A DNA stretch of 64,000 nucleotides, from assembly GCA_964507125.1 (NCBI GenBank), contig CAZDOT010000007.1, positions 19,764 through 83,763 on the forward strand, written 5' to 3'. The stretch is from an uncultured Chitinophagales bacterium (GTDB lineage Bacteria; Bacteroidota; Bacteroidia; Chitinophagales; JADIYW01). Made by a program: the position numbers and the translations under genes. Shown one piece after another: positions 10,501 through 18,777 of the stretch. Each line of letters begins with the position of its first letter. Position 1 is the stretch's first letter. Under the pieces are notes generated by a model. It saw only the letters and a program-made list of their open reading frames with translations. It was not told the origin of the DNA and made no database searches.

Positions 10501-11978
10501 TGAAGAACGATTTGCGTCAGTTGAAATTGGAAAAACGACAGTTGCTTGTTCCGGAAAACCCAAAATTGGAATATGCTATTCGTCCACTTTTAATGTTGCA
10601 ACGTGCTTCCATCAGTTATGATGTAAAAGGAACAACTATCTTGCCGGGCTTAACAGCAACACCATTACTTTTCGGACAAGATTTTAAACAACGTGCTCCC
10701 GGTGGTGCTTTCTTGTTTGGTGCTCAACGTGACTCAAATTGGCTGAATAAATTAGCCGCCAGAAATCTTATTTCTTCTGATACGTTGATGAATTATCAAT
10801 TTATCCAAACACGCCAAAAAGCCTTTAACTTACGTGTTACCTTAGAGCCTTATCGCGATTTACGTATCGAGATTTCTATGCAAAAAACGCAAGGCGAAAC
10901 CTATTCCGAATTCTTTAAGAAAACCACTGCCGGCGGACCATATCAACATCTAACACCACAAGTAAATGGAAATATGTCGATGTCTTTCTTGATGTTGAAA
11001 ACCATTTTTAGTAAAGTAGATGAAAATAATTTCAGTAATGCATTTTATAAATTCCAAGAATTAAGAGAAACCTATTCTCAAAAATTCGGCGATAGAAATC
11101 CAATGTCGGATAGTATTTATATTAACGACAGCATTAGCTTGCCAAACTTTAAAGAAGGATACGGTCCATTCTCGCAAGATGTGTTGGTACCTTCGTTAAT
11201 TGCAGCTTATACCGGAAAAGATCCGAATAAAGTGCGATTGAATCCGCTGCGTTCTATTCCGTTGCCTAACTGGCGATTAACATACAACGGTTTTGCAAAA
11301 ACAAAATGGGGCAAAAAATTATTTACTTCGTTTAATATTACACACGGCTACAGTTCTACCTTTAGCATTGGTTCTTATGTAACCAACCTGAATTATATTG
11401 GTCAGCCGGGCTATTACAACGAAGAATTATATTACGTTCCGGAACGCATCGATTCCTTGTCCGGAAATTATTATTCTTACTATTCTATTCCGCAAGTAAC
11501 CATCACGGAGCAACTTTCGCCATTAATCGGTATCGAAATTTCTTGGAAAAATAGTTTGATAACCAATTTCGAATTTAAGAAATCACGCACGCTTGGTTTG
11601 AGTTTGTTGGATTATAGATTGACAGAAACCAGAACAACAGAATACGTTGCGGCATTAGGTTATAAGATTGCAAAATTCAAATTGCCATTCAAAATAAAAG
11701 GTAAAAAAATCACTTTACAAAACGATATTAATTTGCGTGCTGATTTCTCTTATCGTGATGATAAAACAGTGAACTATCGCTTAGACCAAAATATTGCCGA
11801 GCCAACACGCGGACAAAAAACCGTTTCCTTAGCCGCTACCATTGATTATATCGTGAATAACAAACTCAATGTGCGTGTATTTTATGATTTCCGCAAAACA
11901 ATTCCGGCAACGTTGGCATCTTATCCGCAAAAAACACATCGCGGTGGCATCACTTTCCGTTTCTCGTTAACACCATAA
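4578..11978 (+). CDS. sprA: Type IX secretion system translocon / cell-surface gliding protein SprA
   Basis: 2466 aa with a signal peptide, and the giant outer-membrane beta-barrel size typical of SprA. The ruvA-sprA-gcvH neighbourhood is as seen in Flavobacteriia. No other protein family I know fits this size and context. Confidence 0.88.
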   Translation: MRRTIHNTSIGILLFVAFAFGNSFLFSQTTDSAQLKLKYPIQDRNTSFVTTKSAATIDLKDPSIIQKNVEYDPKTNKYIVYEKIGDDYYKTPTYMTYDEYLQYTNKEAEQSYFQQRSRAIDLAERKSKQPFLYQGPELTNRFLGGTKIEIKPQGNVDVTIGVNSQRTDNPVLLQNQRRNINFDFDMNIQLGLQASIGDKIKLGINYNTKSGFAFENQLKLAYKGKEDDIIQGVEFGNISLPLRSALIKGPQNLFGIKTQLKFGRLTITNILSQQKSKTESVRIENGAQTKSFNIKADEYEDNRHFFIAQYFRDMYEQSLSKLPFVSAQTTINKIEVWITNKTRQTVDVREMVAFQDLGEINKVFNPSLLNGNTNPYPESNSNNLYNILTRSTDALDFRDPSRTISFLERHGLQAVDDFEKVSARKLATTEYSFNAQLGYISLNQQLRPDEVLGVAIQYTVNGKVYQLGEFASDLPPLADTTKTKDQIIALKMLKATSVRTVEPIWDLMMKNVYSLGAYNVNPDQFFLDIYYQDPGGGQKRYLPETPAPNAVAGQQLLKVLNLDNLNNQLDPQNDGKFDFIPNITITPKNGKIYFPVLEPFGSYLASKIGDPNVAAKYAYRYLYDTTKYAAQQFPEFNRFSLKGTYRGTDNSTFRLPGAFNLPQGSVTVTAGGTQLTENVDFTVNYGIGEVVIVNQGVLNSGVPIDIKFENNVLFGVVNKTLFGTRLDYAVNKNINIGFTHLRLAEKPFTQKVNLNDDPVKNNVIGIDFNYATESKGLTRIFNKITAQDTKAPSKISASGEAAVFIPGHSKAINIDEAGTVYVDDFEGASTMFDLKGSFLTWSLASAPKGMPNIFGAEKFPEARVSDSLVYGFNRAKLAWYSIDPVFMGTSNSNPLNSTVRQETLNNIYTRQFYEQDVFKNRQNSTITNPPLYTLDLSYFPKEKGPFNYETTPTVYSKGINNLGLLNNPETRWGGIMRTIESTSDFEAANIEFVQFWVLDPFKFSGADRKGNLYIQLGSVSEDILKDSKKQYENGLPRPNGGTTVDTSSWGVTPTIQNALTNSFDADPDVIKKQDVGLDGLDNDGERAFFANYLSNYASIVSNSAALDKMNNDPSGDDYIFNRDDRFGGEVGVITRYKDFSNTQGNSSNNISGNSNVNGNSKTQPDNEDLNNDNTLNETEEYFQYRISFDDNFLANSPYITSRQGFQINGNDSAYWYQVKIPVKEFEARVGNIADFRSIRFIRMILSDFTDSVTLRLAEFGLVRNQWRKYDLSLANPGEQLPGDETSGTEFNVTAVSVEENATRTPIPYAIPPGINREQNISGYNNALQNEQSMSLQVCELKDGDARAVFKTTNLDLRNYKRLKLFTHAENFPGDKGSLFPIKDNDLTVFMRIGSDFTDNYYEYEIPLKVTPAGNYNPESEMDKRLIWPDSNQMNVLLDSLTAVKQKRNQSSASLILPYDVTLTNGDKISIKGNPDLGVASVFMIGIRNPKRIIGENDDKDDGLSKCGEVWVNELRLSGFDERVGWAALGRVDMQLGNLGNVVFSGNMHTIGYGDLEQRLNQRYRDNYYQYDVATNLQLGNLIPEKAGLQIPVYAQFSQSISTPQYDPYELDVELEDKFDVINADGNLSKARKKELVDSVKRVAQDVTTIKSFNVTNLHKERTNPQKEPRVYDVENFNMSYAFTQTDRRNPIIESETVTRHRGSLGWNFSPKPLVWQPFKKLKNNSIHLKPIKEFNINLKPNSVAFRTDINRQYGVQKIRDIGGDGLIIPATYDKYFTWDRYWSIKYNLTKSISIDFTANNKARIDEPAGAIDTKEKRDSVRRNFWKFGRNVGYDHIFNASYNLPFQHFPALDWINVKTRYSADYSYLASSLELSSLGNTVKNGQNYQITGDVNFKSLFQKSKFLKPYTLSNPKKTKQEYADSYAKYKENESKVKEKIIKKAEEIEKKIKEIEVAEKDTSKTKADIKKLVNDKKQLKNDLRQLKLEKRQLLVPENPKLEYAIRPLLMLQRASISYDVKGTTILPGLTATPLLFGQDFKQRAPGGAFLFGAQRDSNWLNKLAARNLISSDTLMNYQFIQTRQKAFNLRVTLEPYRDLRIEISMQKTQGETYSEFFKKTTAGGPYQHLTPQVNGNMSMSFLMLKTIFSKVDENNFSNAFYKFQELRETYSQKFGDRNPMSDSIYINDSISLPNFKEGYGPFSQDVLVPSLIAAYTGKDPNKVRLNPLRSIPLPNWRLTYNGFAKTKWGKKLFTSFNITHGYSSTFSIGSYVTNLNYIGQPGYYNEELYYVPERIDSLSGNYYSYYSIPQVTITEQLSPLIGIEISWKNSLITNFEFKKSRTLGLSLLDYRLTETRTTEYVAALGYKIAKFKLPFKIKGKKITLQNDINLRADFSYRDDKTVNYRLDQNIAEPTRGQKTVSLAATIDYIVNNKLNVRVFYDFRKTIPATLASYPQKTHRGGITFRFSLTP

Positions 11979-12059
11979 TCTTATTTTATCCTATTGATAA
12001 ATTGTGTTTTCATTTTTCAAATGATATAAAAATGTGTATTTTCGTAAAAAATATACAAC

Positions 12060-12437
12060 ATGAATATTCCAAGCGAATTAAAGTATTCTAAAGAACACGA
12101 ATGGGTGCGTGTAGAAGGTGATGTAGCCATTATTGGTATTTCGGCATTTGCACAAGGTGAATTAGGTGATATCATTTATGTAGATATTGATTGCGTAGGT
12201 GATACAATCGCTAAAGATGAAGTATTTGGTACGGTAGAAGCTGTGAAAACTGTATCTGATTTATATATGCCAATTTCCGGAGAAATTTTGGAATTTAATG
12301 AAGCATTAAAAGATACACCGGCATTGGTAAATAGCAATCCGTATAACGAAGGTTGGATGATTAAAGTGAAAATGTCTAATCCGGCTGAGTTAGATGAATT
12401 ATTGGATGCAGCAGCATATCAATCATTAATCGGATAA
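12060..12437 (+). CDS. gcvH: Glycine cleavage system protein H
   Basis: 125 aa. Lipoyl-lysine motif [15 protein letters not shown] and N-terminus YSKEHEWV. Confidence 0.95.
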   Translation: MNIPSELKYSKEHEWVRVEGDVAIIGISAFAQGELGDIIYVDIDCVGDTIAKDEVFGTVEAVKTVSDLYMPISGEILEFNEALKDTPALVNSNPYNEGWMIKVKMSNPAELDELLDAAAYQSLIG

Positions 12438-12468
12438 TTGCACGATAGAAAAGGCACAACGGAAGAAC

Positions 12469-12849
12469 GTGCAACCATCCATCAATAATAAATATAGAAT
12501 AATTCCTGCACTCTTTTGGTCAGGAATTATTTTTTTTCTATGCTTTTTGCCAGGCAGTGCATTCCCAAAAGAAGATTGGCTCGATCAAATTCATTTCGAT
12601 AAGTTTGTACATGCATTTCTCTATTTTGTTTTATTCTTTTTGATTTGCTTCATCCCAATAAAGAAATCAACTTCCATTTATTTAATTGCCTCATTGCTTT
12701 GTATAATACAAGGAATACTAATAGAATTTGTTCAAGGCTCAGCACTCATACAAAACAGAAGTTTTGATGTGTACGATATTATAGCAAATGTGGTTGGCGT
12801 ATTGTTAGCATTAATTGCAGCACGATTTTTTTGTAATAAGAGATTTTAA
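12469..12849 (+). CDS. VanZ-like family membrane protein
   Basis: 126 aa with 4 predicted TM helices. DKFVHAFLYFVLFFL and a C-terminal DIIANVVGVLLA are typical of VanZ-like proteins. Confidence 0.6.
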   Translation: MQPSINNKYRIIPALFWSGIIFFLCFLPGSAFPKEDWLDQIHFDKFVHAFLYFVLFFLICFIPIKKSTSIYLIASLLCIIQGILIEFVQGSALIQNRSFDVYDIIANVVGVLLALIAARFFCNKRF

Positions 12850-12917
12850 CTTTCTTTTTCGCACTATTTTTGATATGTTTACTACAAGTGTTTTGTGTTG
12901 TTAAATCGAATTGAAGT

Positions 12918-14717
12918 TTGAAAAAAATCATCTTTATATTTTTTTGTTGGATATCGATTTTGTCGTACGCACAATCCGATAATTATGATTTGTTTTTAGC
13001 ACGTCAATTTTTGCAAAATGGCGAATATGCCAAAGCAGCGGAATACTATCACACTTTGTACCAACAACAACCTACAACGTATTATTCGGAATATCTTCAG
13101 GTATTATTACAATTACAACAATACGACCAAGCATCGGAATTGATAAAATCCATGTACAAAGAACAAGGTAAAAATCCTGTTTATTTATTGGATTTGGCAG
13201 ATGTGTACATGAAACAACAAAAAGAAGCAGATGCTGAAAAACAATATGCAAAAATTTTAAAAGAGCTAAAACCCAATAAATACGATATACAAACCATCGC
13301 CCAAAAATTAATTCAATACAACCAATTAGATTATGCCGAAAAAGTATATCAAAAAGGCAAGGATATTTTAAAAGATAAACAAACTTTTAATTTAGAAATT
13401 GCAGGATTGTTGTTGTTGAAAAATGATTTTAACGGCATGTTACAAGCGTATTTAGATGAAGCACTTATTACGCATGATTTAACAACGATTGAAGTCGGCT
13501 TACAAAAAGCATTGACCGATGAAAAACAAAAAGATGTTTTAGAAAAAGAATTACTCAAGCGAACACAAACGCACAAAAATACACTTGTTTATCAAGAGTT
13601 ATTAGTTTGGTTATATATGCAACGCAATGATTTTGATGGTGCCATTTTACAGGCCAAATCACTCGATTTGTTACGCAATGAAAATGGAGAAAATGTATTG
13701 CGTATTGCACGAACTGCTACAGCACAAAAAGACTATGATGCAGCTATCAAAGGCTATCAATATGTCATCAACAAAGGAGCACAATTTCCTTGGTACGTTA
13801 CCGCAAATCTGGAAATGATAAATGTACAGAGAGATAAAATTATAAATGCACCCAATTACACAAAAGAACAATTACTTTCATTAAAAGATACCTATCGAAA
13901 ATTTATTGCATCGTATGATAAAGAAGATTATAACGCCATAAATGCACAGATAGAATTAGCACAATTAGAGGCATTGTATATTCATGAAATAGATACAGCA
14001 ATTGCCTTGCTGTTACCCATAACAGAAAGTTTCAGAACACCATCCGAACTATTAGCAAAAGCGAAACTCAACTTAGGTGATTATTATATTATTGCAGATG
14101 AACCTTGGGAAAGTTTATTGCTCTATACACAAGTTGAAAAAGAACAAAAAGGCAATCCAATAGGAGAGGAAGCAAAATACAGAAATGCTCGTTTGGCGTA
14201 TTACAAAGGTGAATTTGCTTGGGCTCAAAGTCAGCTAAAAATTATAAAAGCCAACACTACAGAGTTTATTTCAAACGATGCCATTGATTTGTCAGTTTTT
14301 ATTTTAGATAACCTAAATACAGATGATACAGATTTTGCACTCATCTTATTTGCAAAGGCAGATTTGCTCCGCTTTCAACATAAGTTAGATGCAGCAGAAG
14401 ATACGTTGAATTTTATTTCCAATAACTTTATCGGCACAGCACTTACAGATGATATTTTGTATTTAAAATATAAAATAGAAAAAGATCGACAACATTACGA
14501 AAAAGCCGCCACGTATTTACAACAAATTGTGGCTGATTTTTCTACAGATATTTTATCCGACAATGCCTTGTTTTATTTGGGTGATTTATATCAAAATTAC
14601 TTGGATGATGAGGAAAAGGCGATGCAATATTATGAGAAAATAATCTTGGAATTTAAGGATAGCACTTTTGCCATCGAAGCCAGAAAAAGATATCGAAAAT
14701 TACGCGGCGATAGTTAG
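12918..14717 (+). CDS. Secreted tetratricopeptide-repeat (TPR) protein
   Basis: 599 aa. Signal peptide MKKIIFIFFCWISILSYAQ with a TTG start. Repeated A/Y/L-rich 34-aa helical pattern, for example GEYAKAAEYYHTLYQQQP and EKAMQYYEKIILEFKDS. Confidence 0.6.
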   Translation: MKKIIFIFFCWISILSYAQSDNYDLFLARQFLQNGEYAKAAEYYHTLYQQQPTTYYSEYLQVLLQLQQYDQASELIKSMYKEQGKNPVYLLDLADVYMKQQKEADAEKQYAKILKELKPNKYDIQTIAQKLIQYNQLDYAEKVYQKGKDILKDKQTFNLEIAGLLLLKNDFNGMLQAYLDEALITHDLTTIEVGLQKALTDEKQKDVLEKELLKRTQTHKNTLVYQELLVWLYMQRNDFDGAILQAKSLDLLRNENGENVLRIARTATAQKDYDAAIKGYQYVINKGAQFPWYVTANLEMINVQRDKIINAPNYTKEQLLSLKDTYRKFIASYDKEDYNAINAQIELAQLEALYIHEIDTAIALLLPITESFRTPSELLAKAKLNLGDYYIIADEPWESLLLYTQVEKEQKGNPIGEEAKYRNARLAYYKGEFAWAQSQLKIIKANTTEFISNDAIDLSVFILDNLNTDDTDFALILFAKADLLRFQHKLDAAEDTLNFISNNFIGTALTDDILYLKYKIEKDRQHYEKAATYLQQIVADFSTDILSDNALFYLGDLYQNYLDDEEKAMQYYEKIILEFKDSTFAIEARKRYRKLRGDS

Positions 14718-14780
14718 TTTTATTTTAGTAGTAAGTAGTGAGATATGAGACTTGTGATTTAAAATTTTAATGACTGAACA

Positions 14781-14829
14781 GAAATCCAAAATCCAAAATC
14801 CAAAATCTGAAATCTGAAATCCAATATCT
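14781..14829. repeat. Heptanucleotide tandem repeat, 7 copies (consensus RAAATCY)
   Basis: GAAATCC AAAATCC AAAATCC AAAATCT GAAATCT GAAATCC AATATCT, read directly from the sequence. It lies between the TPR gene stop and the promoter of the next gene. Confidence 0.9.
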
Positions 14830-14851
14830 CTATTCGGAACTATTTTTGCCG

Positions 14852-14859
14852 TATATTTG
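14852..14859 (+). promoter_or_regulatory. Candidate -7 promoter box (TAtaTTTG) for the zinc metallopeptidase gene
   Basis: TATATTTG at 14852-14859, 22 nt upstream of the ATG at 14881. Confidence 0.4.
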
Positions 14860-14880
14860 TTACACTTAAAAAAACAAATT

Positions 14881-15570
14881 ATGAGTGAAGGAATTTTAAT
14901 AATTTCATTATTGATTGGAGGAATTAGCTGGTATGTAAGTAACACCTTGCAAAGAAGATTTAAAGAATATTCTCAAATGCCAATTCGCTTAACAGGAAAA
15001 GAAGTAGCTGAAAAAATGTTACGCGACAACGGTATTTTTGATGTAAATGTAATTTCTGTTCCAGGAGCATTAACCGACCATTACAATCCGTTAGATAAAA
15101 CTGTAAACTTGAGTGATTGGGTGTATGCACAAGCCAATGTTGCAGCAGCGGCTGTAGCAGCACACGAGTGCGGTCATGCCGTGCAACACAATACCGCCTA
15201 TTCTTGGTTAACCATGCGTTCAAAGTTAGTGCCGGTTGTGCAAGTTAGTTCGCAATATGTACAATGGATTATTTTAGCCGGTTTGGGTGTGTTGGCATTT
15301 ACAAAATCACCGTTGATTTTATTGATTGGTATTGTCATGTTTGCCATGACAACCTTGTTTAGTTTCATCACCTTACCTGTTGAGTTTGATGCTTCAGCAA
15401 GAGCCTTAAAATGGTTAGATAGCACACAAATATTAGTAGGTGAAGAACATGAAAAAGCCAAAAATGCCTTAAAATGGGCAGCATCCACGTATGTTGTAGC
15501 AGCTTTAGGTTCCTTGGTTACTTTATTATATTATCTTTCAATCTTTTTAGGAGCAAGAAGAAGAGATTAA
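14881..15570 (+). CDS. Membrane zinc metallopeptidase (YugP-like, Zn_peptidase_2 type)
   Basis: HEXXH motif AAHECGHAVQH, an N-terminal TM helix and C-terminal TM helices. The ATG at 14881 is preferred over the TTG at 14857. Confidence 0.8.
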   Translation: MSEGILIISLLIGGISWYVSNTLQRRFKEYSQMPIRLTGKEVAEKMLRDNGIFDVNVISVPGALTDHYNPLDKTVNLSDWVYAQANVAAAAVAAHECGHAVQHNTAYSWLTMRSKLVPVVQVSSQYVQWIILAGLGVLAFTKSPLILLIGIVMFAMTTLFSFITLPVEFDASARALKWLDSTQILVGEEHEKAKNALKWAASTYVVAALGSLVTLLYYLSIFLGARRRD

Positions 15571-15593
15571 TTTTAATAAGATATTTTTATTGA

Positions 15594-15626
15594 CACCCTG
15601 TTAGCGTTAAGAGCTCTAACAGGGTG
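15594..15626 (+). terminator. Stem-loop terminator after the metallopeptidase gene
   Basis: 11-bp perfect stem CACCCTGTTAG / CTAACAGGGTG with an 11-nt loop, followed by CTTAATTTTA. Confidence 0.55.
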
Positions 15627-15863
15627 CTTAATTTTAAGGCATATCATATAATAATAAATTACTAATTTATAGTATGGTGAGACTAATTCGGTATTACAGT
15701 CGAACGGGTCACAAGATCCGAAGAGGGCAGAGAGATTCCTTCAAAACAGTTCTCACCTTTCATAAATAGTACGAAGTTCCTATTCTATTAAAAAACTTTG
15801 TCCATCCAAAACCTCATTTTCAATGAGTTGTGTTAAATCAGTATAAAATATTTATAGGTTTTC

Positions 15864-15894
15864 TTGCATTATCAGTACAGAAAAAGTATCTTTG
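15864..15894 (+). promoter_or_regulatory. Bacteroidota sigma-A-type promoter (TTG-N20-TAtcTTTG) for rplM-rpsI
   Basis: TTG at 15864-15866 and TATCTTTG at 15887-15894. The spacing is the same as in the frr and greA promoters in this window. Confidence 0.45.
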
Positions 15895-15956
15895 CAACCC
15901 GAATTAAAAAATATTTGGTCTTTTTTATTTTAAAACAAGAAATAAATTTCAATAAA

Positions 15957-16403
15957 GTGAATACATTATCGTACAAAACCAAAACTGTTACGCCGAAAGA
16001 AACCGTGCGTAAGTGGTATCTTGTAGATGCTGAAAACCAAACATTAGGTCGCATCTCATCTGAAATTGCAAAAATTTTGCAAGGTAAAAACAAACCATCT
16101 TACACACCCAACATCGACACAGGTGATCATGTAATTATTATTAATGCAGAGAAAGTTGCATTAACAGGAAAAAAATTAACAGACAAAGTGTATATCCGTC
16201 ACACAGGATATCCGGGTGGTCAACGTTTTATGACACCAAAAGAGGCTTTTGCTAAAAAACCGGAGTTTGTATTGGAAAACGCAATTAGCCACATGTTGCC
16301 TCGTACACGTTTAGGTAGAGCAATGTTTAAAAAATTACACGTATTTGCAGGTACAGAACATACACACACTGCTCAAAAACCGGAAGTATTAAAATTCAAA
16401 TAA
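15957..16403 (+). CDS. rplM: 50S ribosomal protein L13
   Basis: The GTG start gives [11 protein letters not shown]...[13 protein letters not shown], the typical uL13 N-terminus, and a 148-aa product. The longer track ORF from 15864 would run through the promoter. Confidence 0.92.
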   Translation: MNTLSYKTKTVTPKETVRKWYLVDAENQTLGRISSEIAKILQGKNKPSYTPNIDTGDHVIIINAEKVALTGKKLTDKVYIRHTGYPGGQRFMTPKEAFAKKPEFVLENAISHMLPRTRLGRAMFKKLHVFAGTEHTHTAQKPEVLKFK

Positions 16404-16411
16404 AAAGATAA

Positions 16412-16804
16412 ATGGCAAAAGAAACAATCAACGGATTAGGTCGTCGTAAAACTGCGGTAGCTCGCGTTTACTTAAAAAGCGGCAATGGTGCTATTACTAT
16501 CAATGGTAAAGACATCAAAGAATATATCAATTTGAAACAACTTATCGACCGTGCTATCAAACCTTTAAATGTATTGGATGCAGCGGCGAAGTTTGATATC
16601 AGCGTAAACGTAAAAGGTGGCGGAATTAAAGGACAAGCAGAAGCAATTTCTTTAGGTATTGCCCGTGCTTTAGTGAAAAACGACGAAGCTGTGAAGCCGG
16701 CTTTAAAAGCGGAAAACTTAATGACACGTGAATCAAGAATGGTAGAGCGTAAGAAATTTGGTAAGAAAAAAGCACGTAAAAGCTTCCAATTCAGTAAACG
16801 TTAA
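16412..16804 (+). CDS. rpsI: 30S ribosomal protein S9
   Basis: 130 aa. GRRKTAVARVYL near the N-terminus and the C-terminal ...KKARKSFQFSKR. Confidence 0.95.
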   Translation: MAKETINGLGRRKTAVARVYLKSGNGAITINGKDIKEYINLKQLIDRAIKPLNVLDAAAKFDISVNVKGGGIKGQAEAISLGIARALVKNDEAVKPALKAENLMTRESRMVERKKFGKKKARKSFQFSKR

Positions 16805-16828
16805 TCTTCAAAAATTTATAATAAAAGT

Positions 16829-17596
16829 ATGGCAATTTCTAAATTATCTCAGCAAGAAATGTTGGATGCCGGAGTTCACTTCGGTCACTTAAAGAAAAAA
16901 TGGAATCCAAAAATGTTACCATATATTTTTATGGAACGTAAAGGAATTCACATCATAGATTTGAATAAAACACAAGAGAAATTAGAAGAAGCTGCAGCAG
17001 CACTTCGTTCAATCTCTAAATCTGGTAGAAAAGTTTTGTTTGTGGCTACTAAAAAACAAGCAAAAGAAATCATCACAGAAGCAGCAAAACAAGTAAATAT
17101 GCCATACGTAACCGAGCGTTGGTTAGGTGGTATGTTAACAAACTTTGTTACGATTCGTAAGTCTATCAAGAAAAAACAAAATATCGAAAAAATGTTGGGC
17201 GATGGTGCTTTAAACAACATCACTAAAAAAGAAAGATTGATGTTAGGCCGTCAACAACAAAAATTAGATAAAGTATTAGGTGGTATCGAAAACTTACCGC
17301 GTATTCCTGCTGCATTATTTTTGGTAGATATTTCACACGAACACATCGCTTTAGCAGAAGCTAAAAATTTAGGTATCAAAACAATTGGTATTGTAGATAC
17401 AAACAGCGACCCTACAAAAGTAGATTTCGCAATTCCTGCAAACGATGATGCTACAAAATCTATCCAATTAATTACAAACTATTTAATAGAAGCAATTAAA
17501 GAAGGATTGGCTGAACGTAAAAAAGATAAAGAAGAGTCTGATGCAAAAGTAGAAACTGAATCAGAAGCTAAAGCATCTTCTGAAACAGCAGAATAA
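16829..17596 (+). CDS. rpsB: 30S ribosomal protein S2
   Basis: 255 aa. MLDAGVHFGH and VDTNSDP motifs, plus an acidic/K-rich C-terminal tail. Confidence 0.95.
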   Translation: MAISKLSQQEMLDAGVHFGHLKKKWNPKMLPYIFMERKGIHIIDLNKTQEKLEEAAAALRSISKSGRKVLFVATKKQAKEIITEAAKQVNMPYVTERWLGGMLTNFVTIRKSIKKKQNIEKMLGDGALNNITKKERLMLGRQQQKLDKVLGGIENLPRIPAALFLVDISHEHIALAEAKNLGIKTIGIVDTNSDPTKVDFAIPANDDATKSIQLITNYLIEAIKEGLAERKKDKEESDAKVETESEAKASSETAE

Positions 17597-17692
17597 AGTA
17601 TAAGCGTAAGAGATAAGTAATAGTAATAATATTATTTCTCTTATTCAAAATACGAGATCAACAAATTAACAAATTATCAAATTGTATATTAT

Positions 17693-18532
17693 ATGTCAAC
17701 TGTAACTATAACAGCAGCAGAAGTAAATAAATTAAGACAAGAAACCGGAGCCGGTATCATGGATTGCAAAAAAGCATTGACAGAAACCAACGGCGATTTT
17801 GAAGCAGCCATCGATTATCTAAGAAAAAAAGGGGCGAAAATTGCCGCTAACCGTTCGGATAGAGAAGCAAACGAAGGTGTAGTAGTAGCATTAACTAGCG
17901 AAGACGGAAAATTTGGTTGTGCTGTAAACTTAAGCTCTGAAACTGACTTCGTAGCAAAAAATGAAGACTTCATCAACTTGGCAAAATCAATTGCTGATGT
18001 AGCTTTAGCAGGAAGAATTAAAACAGTAGAAGAATTAAACAATGCACAGTTAGATGGCGTTACCATCAAAGATAAATTGTTGGATACTGTTGCTAAAATT
18101 GGCGAAAAAATTGAAGTTAAAAAATACGAAGTATTAGAAGGTGAAGGTGTTGTTTCTTACATTCACATGGGATACAGAATGGGTGTTTTAGTGCAATTAA
18201 ATGTAGCATTAAACGATGCCATCACTACTGCTGGAAAAGATGTTGCTATGCAAATCGCTGCAATGAATCCAGTGGCAATCGATGCTTCCGGTGTGTCTGA
18301 TGAAATTAAAGACAGAGAAAGAGCCATTGCTCGTGAAAAAGCAATCGCTGCAGGAAAACCGGAAAATATCTTAGATAAAATTGCAGAAGGTGCTGTAAAT
18401 ACTATGTTGAAAGAAAATACTCTATTACCTCAACCTTTCGTGAAAGATGGCGGTAAAACGGTAGAGCAATATTTAAAATCAGCAGATAAGGACTTAACGG
18501 TAGTGTCGTTTAAGCGAGTGACATTATCCTAA
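17693..18532 (+). CDS. tsf: Translation elongation factor Ts
   Basis: 279 aa. N-terminal UBA-like LRQETGAGIMDCKKAL and the conserved rpsB-tsf order. Confidence 0.95.
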   Translation: MSTVTITAAEVNKLRQETGAGIMDCKKALTETNGDFEAAIDYLRKKGAKIAANRSDREANEGVVVALTSEDGKFGCAVNLSSETDFVAKNEDFINLAKSIADVALAGRIKTVEELNNAQLDGVTIKDKLLDTVAKIGEKIEVKKYEVLEGEGVVSYIHMGYRMGVLVQLNVALNDAITTAGKDVAMQIAAMNPVAIDASGVSDEIKDRERAIAREKAIAAGKPENILDKIAEGAVNTMLKENTLLPQPFVKDGGKTVEQYLKSADKDLTVVSFKRVTLS

Positions 18533-18536
18533 ATAC

Positions 18537-18568
18537 AAAAGAGAGAATTTTTATTCTCTCTTTTTTTT
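18537..18568 (+). terminator. Rho-independent terminator after tsf
   Basis: Stem GAGAGAAT / ATTCTCTC (8 bp) with a TTTT loop, followed by T8. Confidence 0.85.
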
Positions 18569-18777
18569 GTTTACTTTTTAGGTAATTCTTTTTTTTCCTA
18601 TAAAATTATTCTACTTTTATTTACTCTATATTCAAGTATTATCAGAGAGTATGTCTTGTGAAGTAAGAATTTGAATTAATCTTATGTAGATTAGTGAGTA
18701 TTATGTAATTCAACATTAGAGATGTAATTATATAGATAGGTAGGAAATCTTGAAATTCAAAATACAATATATAAATC

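Noticed and set aside
14781-14829. Whether the tandem repeat could be a CRISPR array or a mini-CRISPR.
   Set aside because: The units are contiguous 7-mers with no spacers, and no cas genes are present. It is a microsatellite, not a CRISPR array.
15773-15785. An exact 13-bp match (GAAGTTCCTATTC) to one FLP-binding arm of the yeast FRT site, in the rplM upstream spacer.
   Set aside because: Only one arm is present. There is no 8-bp spacer followed by an inverted GTATAGGAACTTC arm, so this is not an FRT scar or recombination site. It is most likely a chance match in AT-rich DNA.
17607-17643. An AT-rich imperfect hairpin (TAAGAGA / TCTCTTA) in the rpsB-tsf spacer, as a possible attenuator.
   Set aside because: It has only 7 A/T-rich base pairs, a 23-nt loop and no U-tract. 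That is too weak to call from sequence alone.
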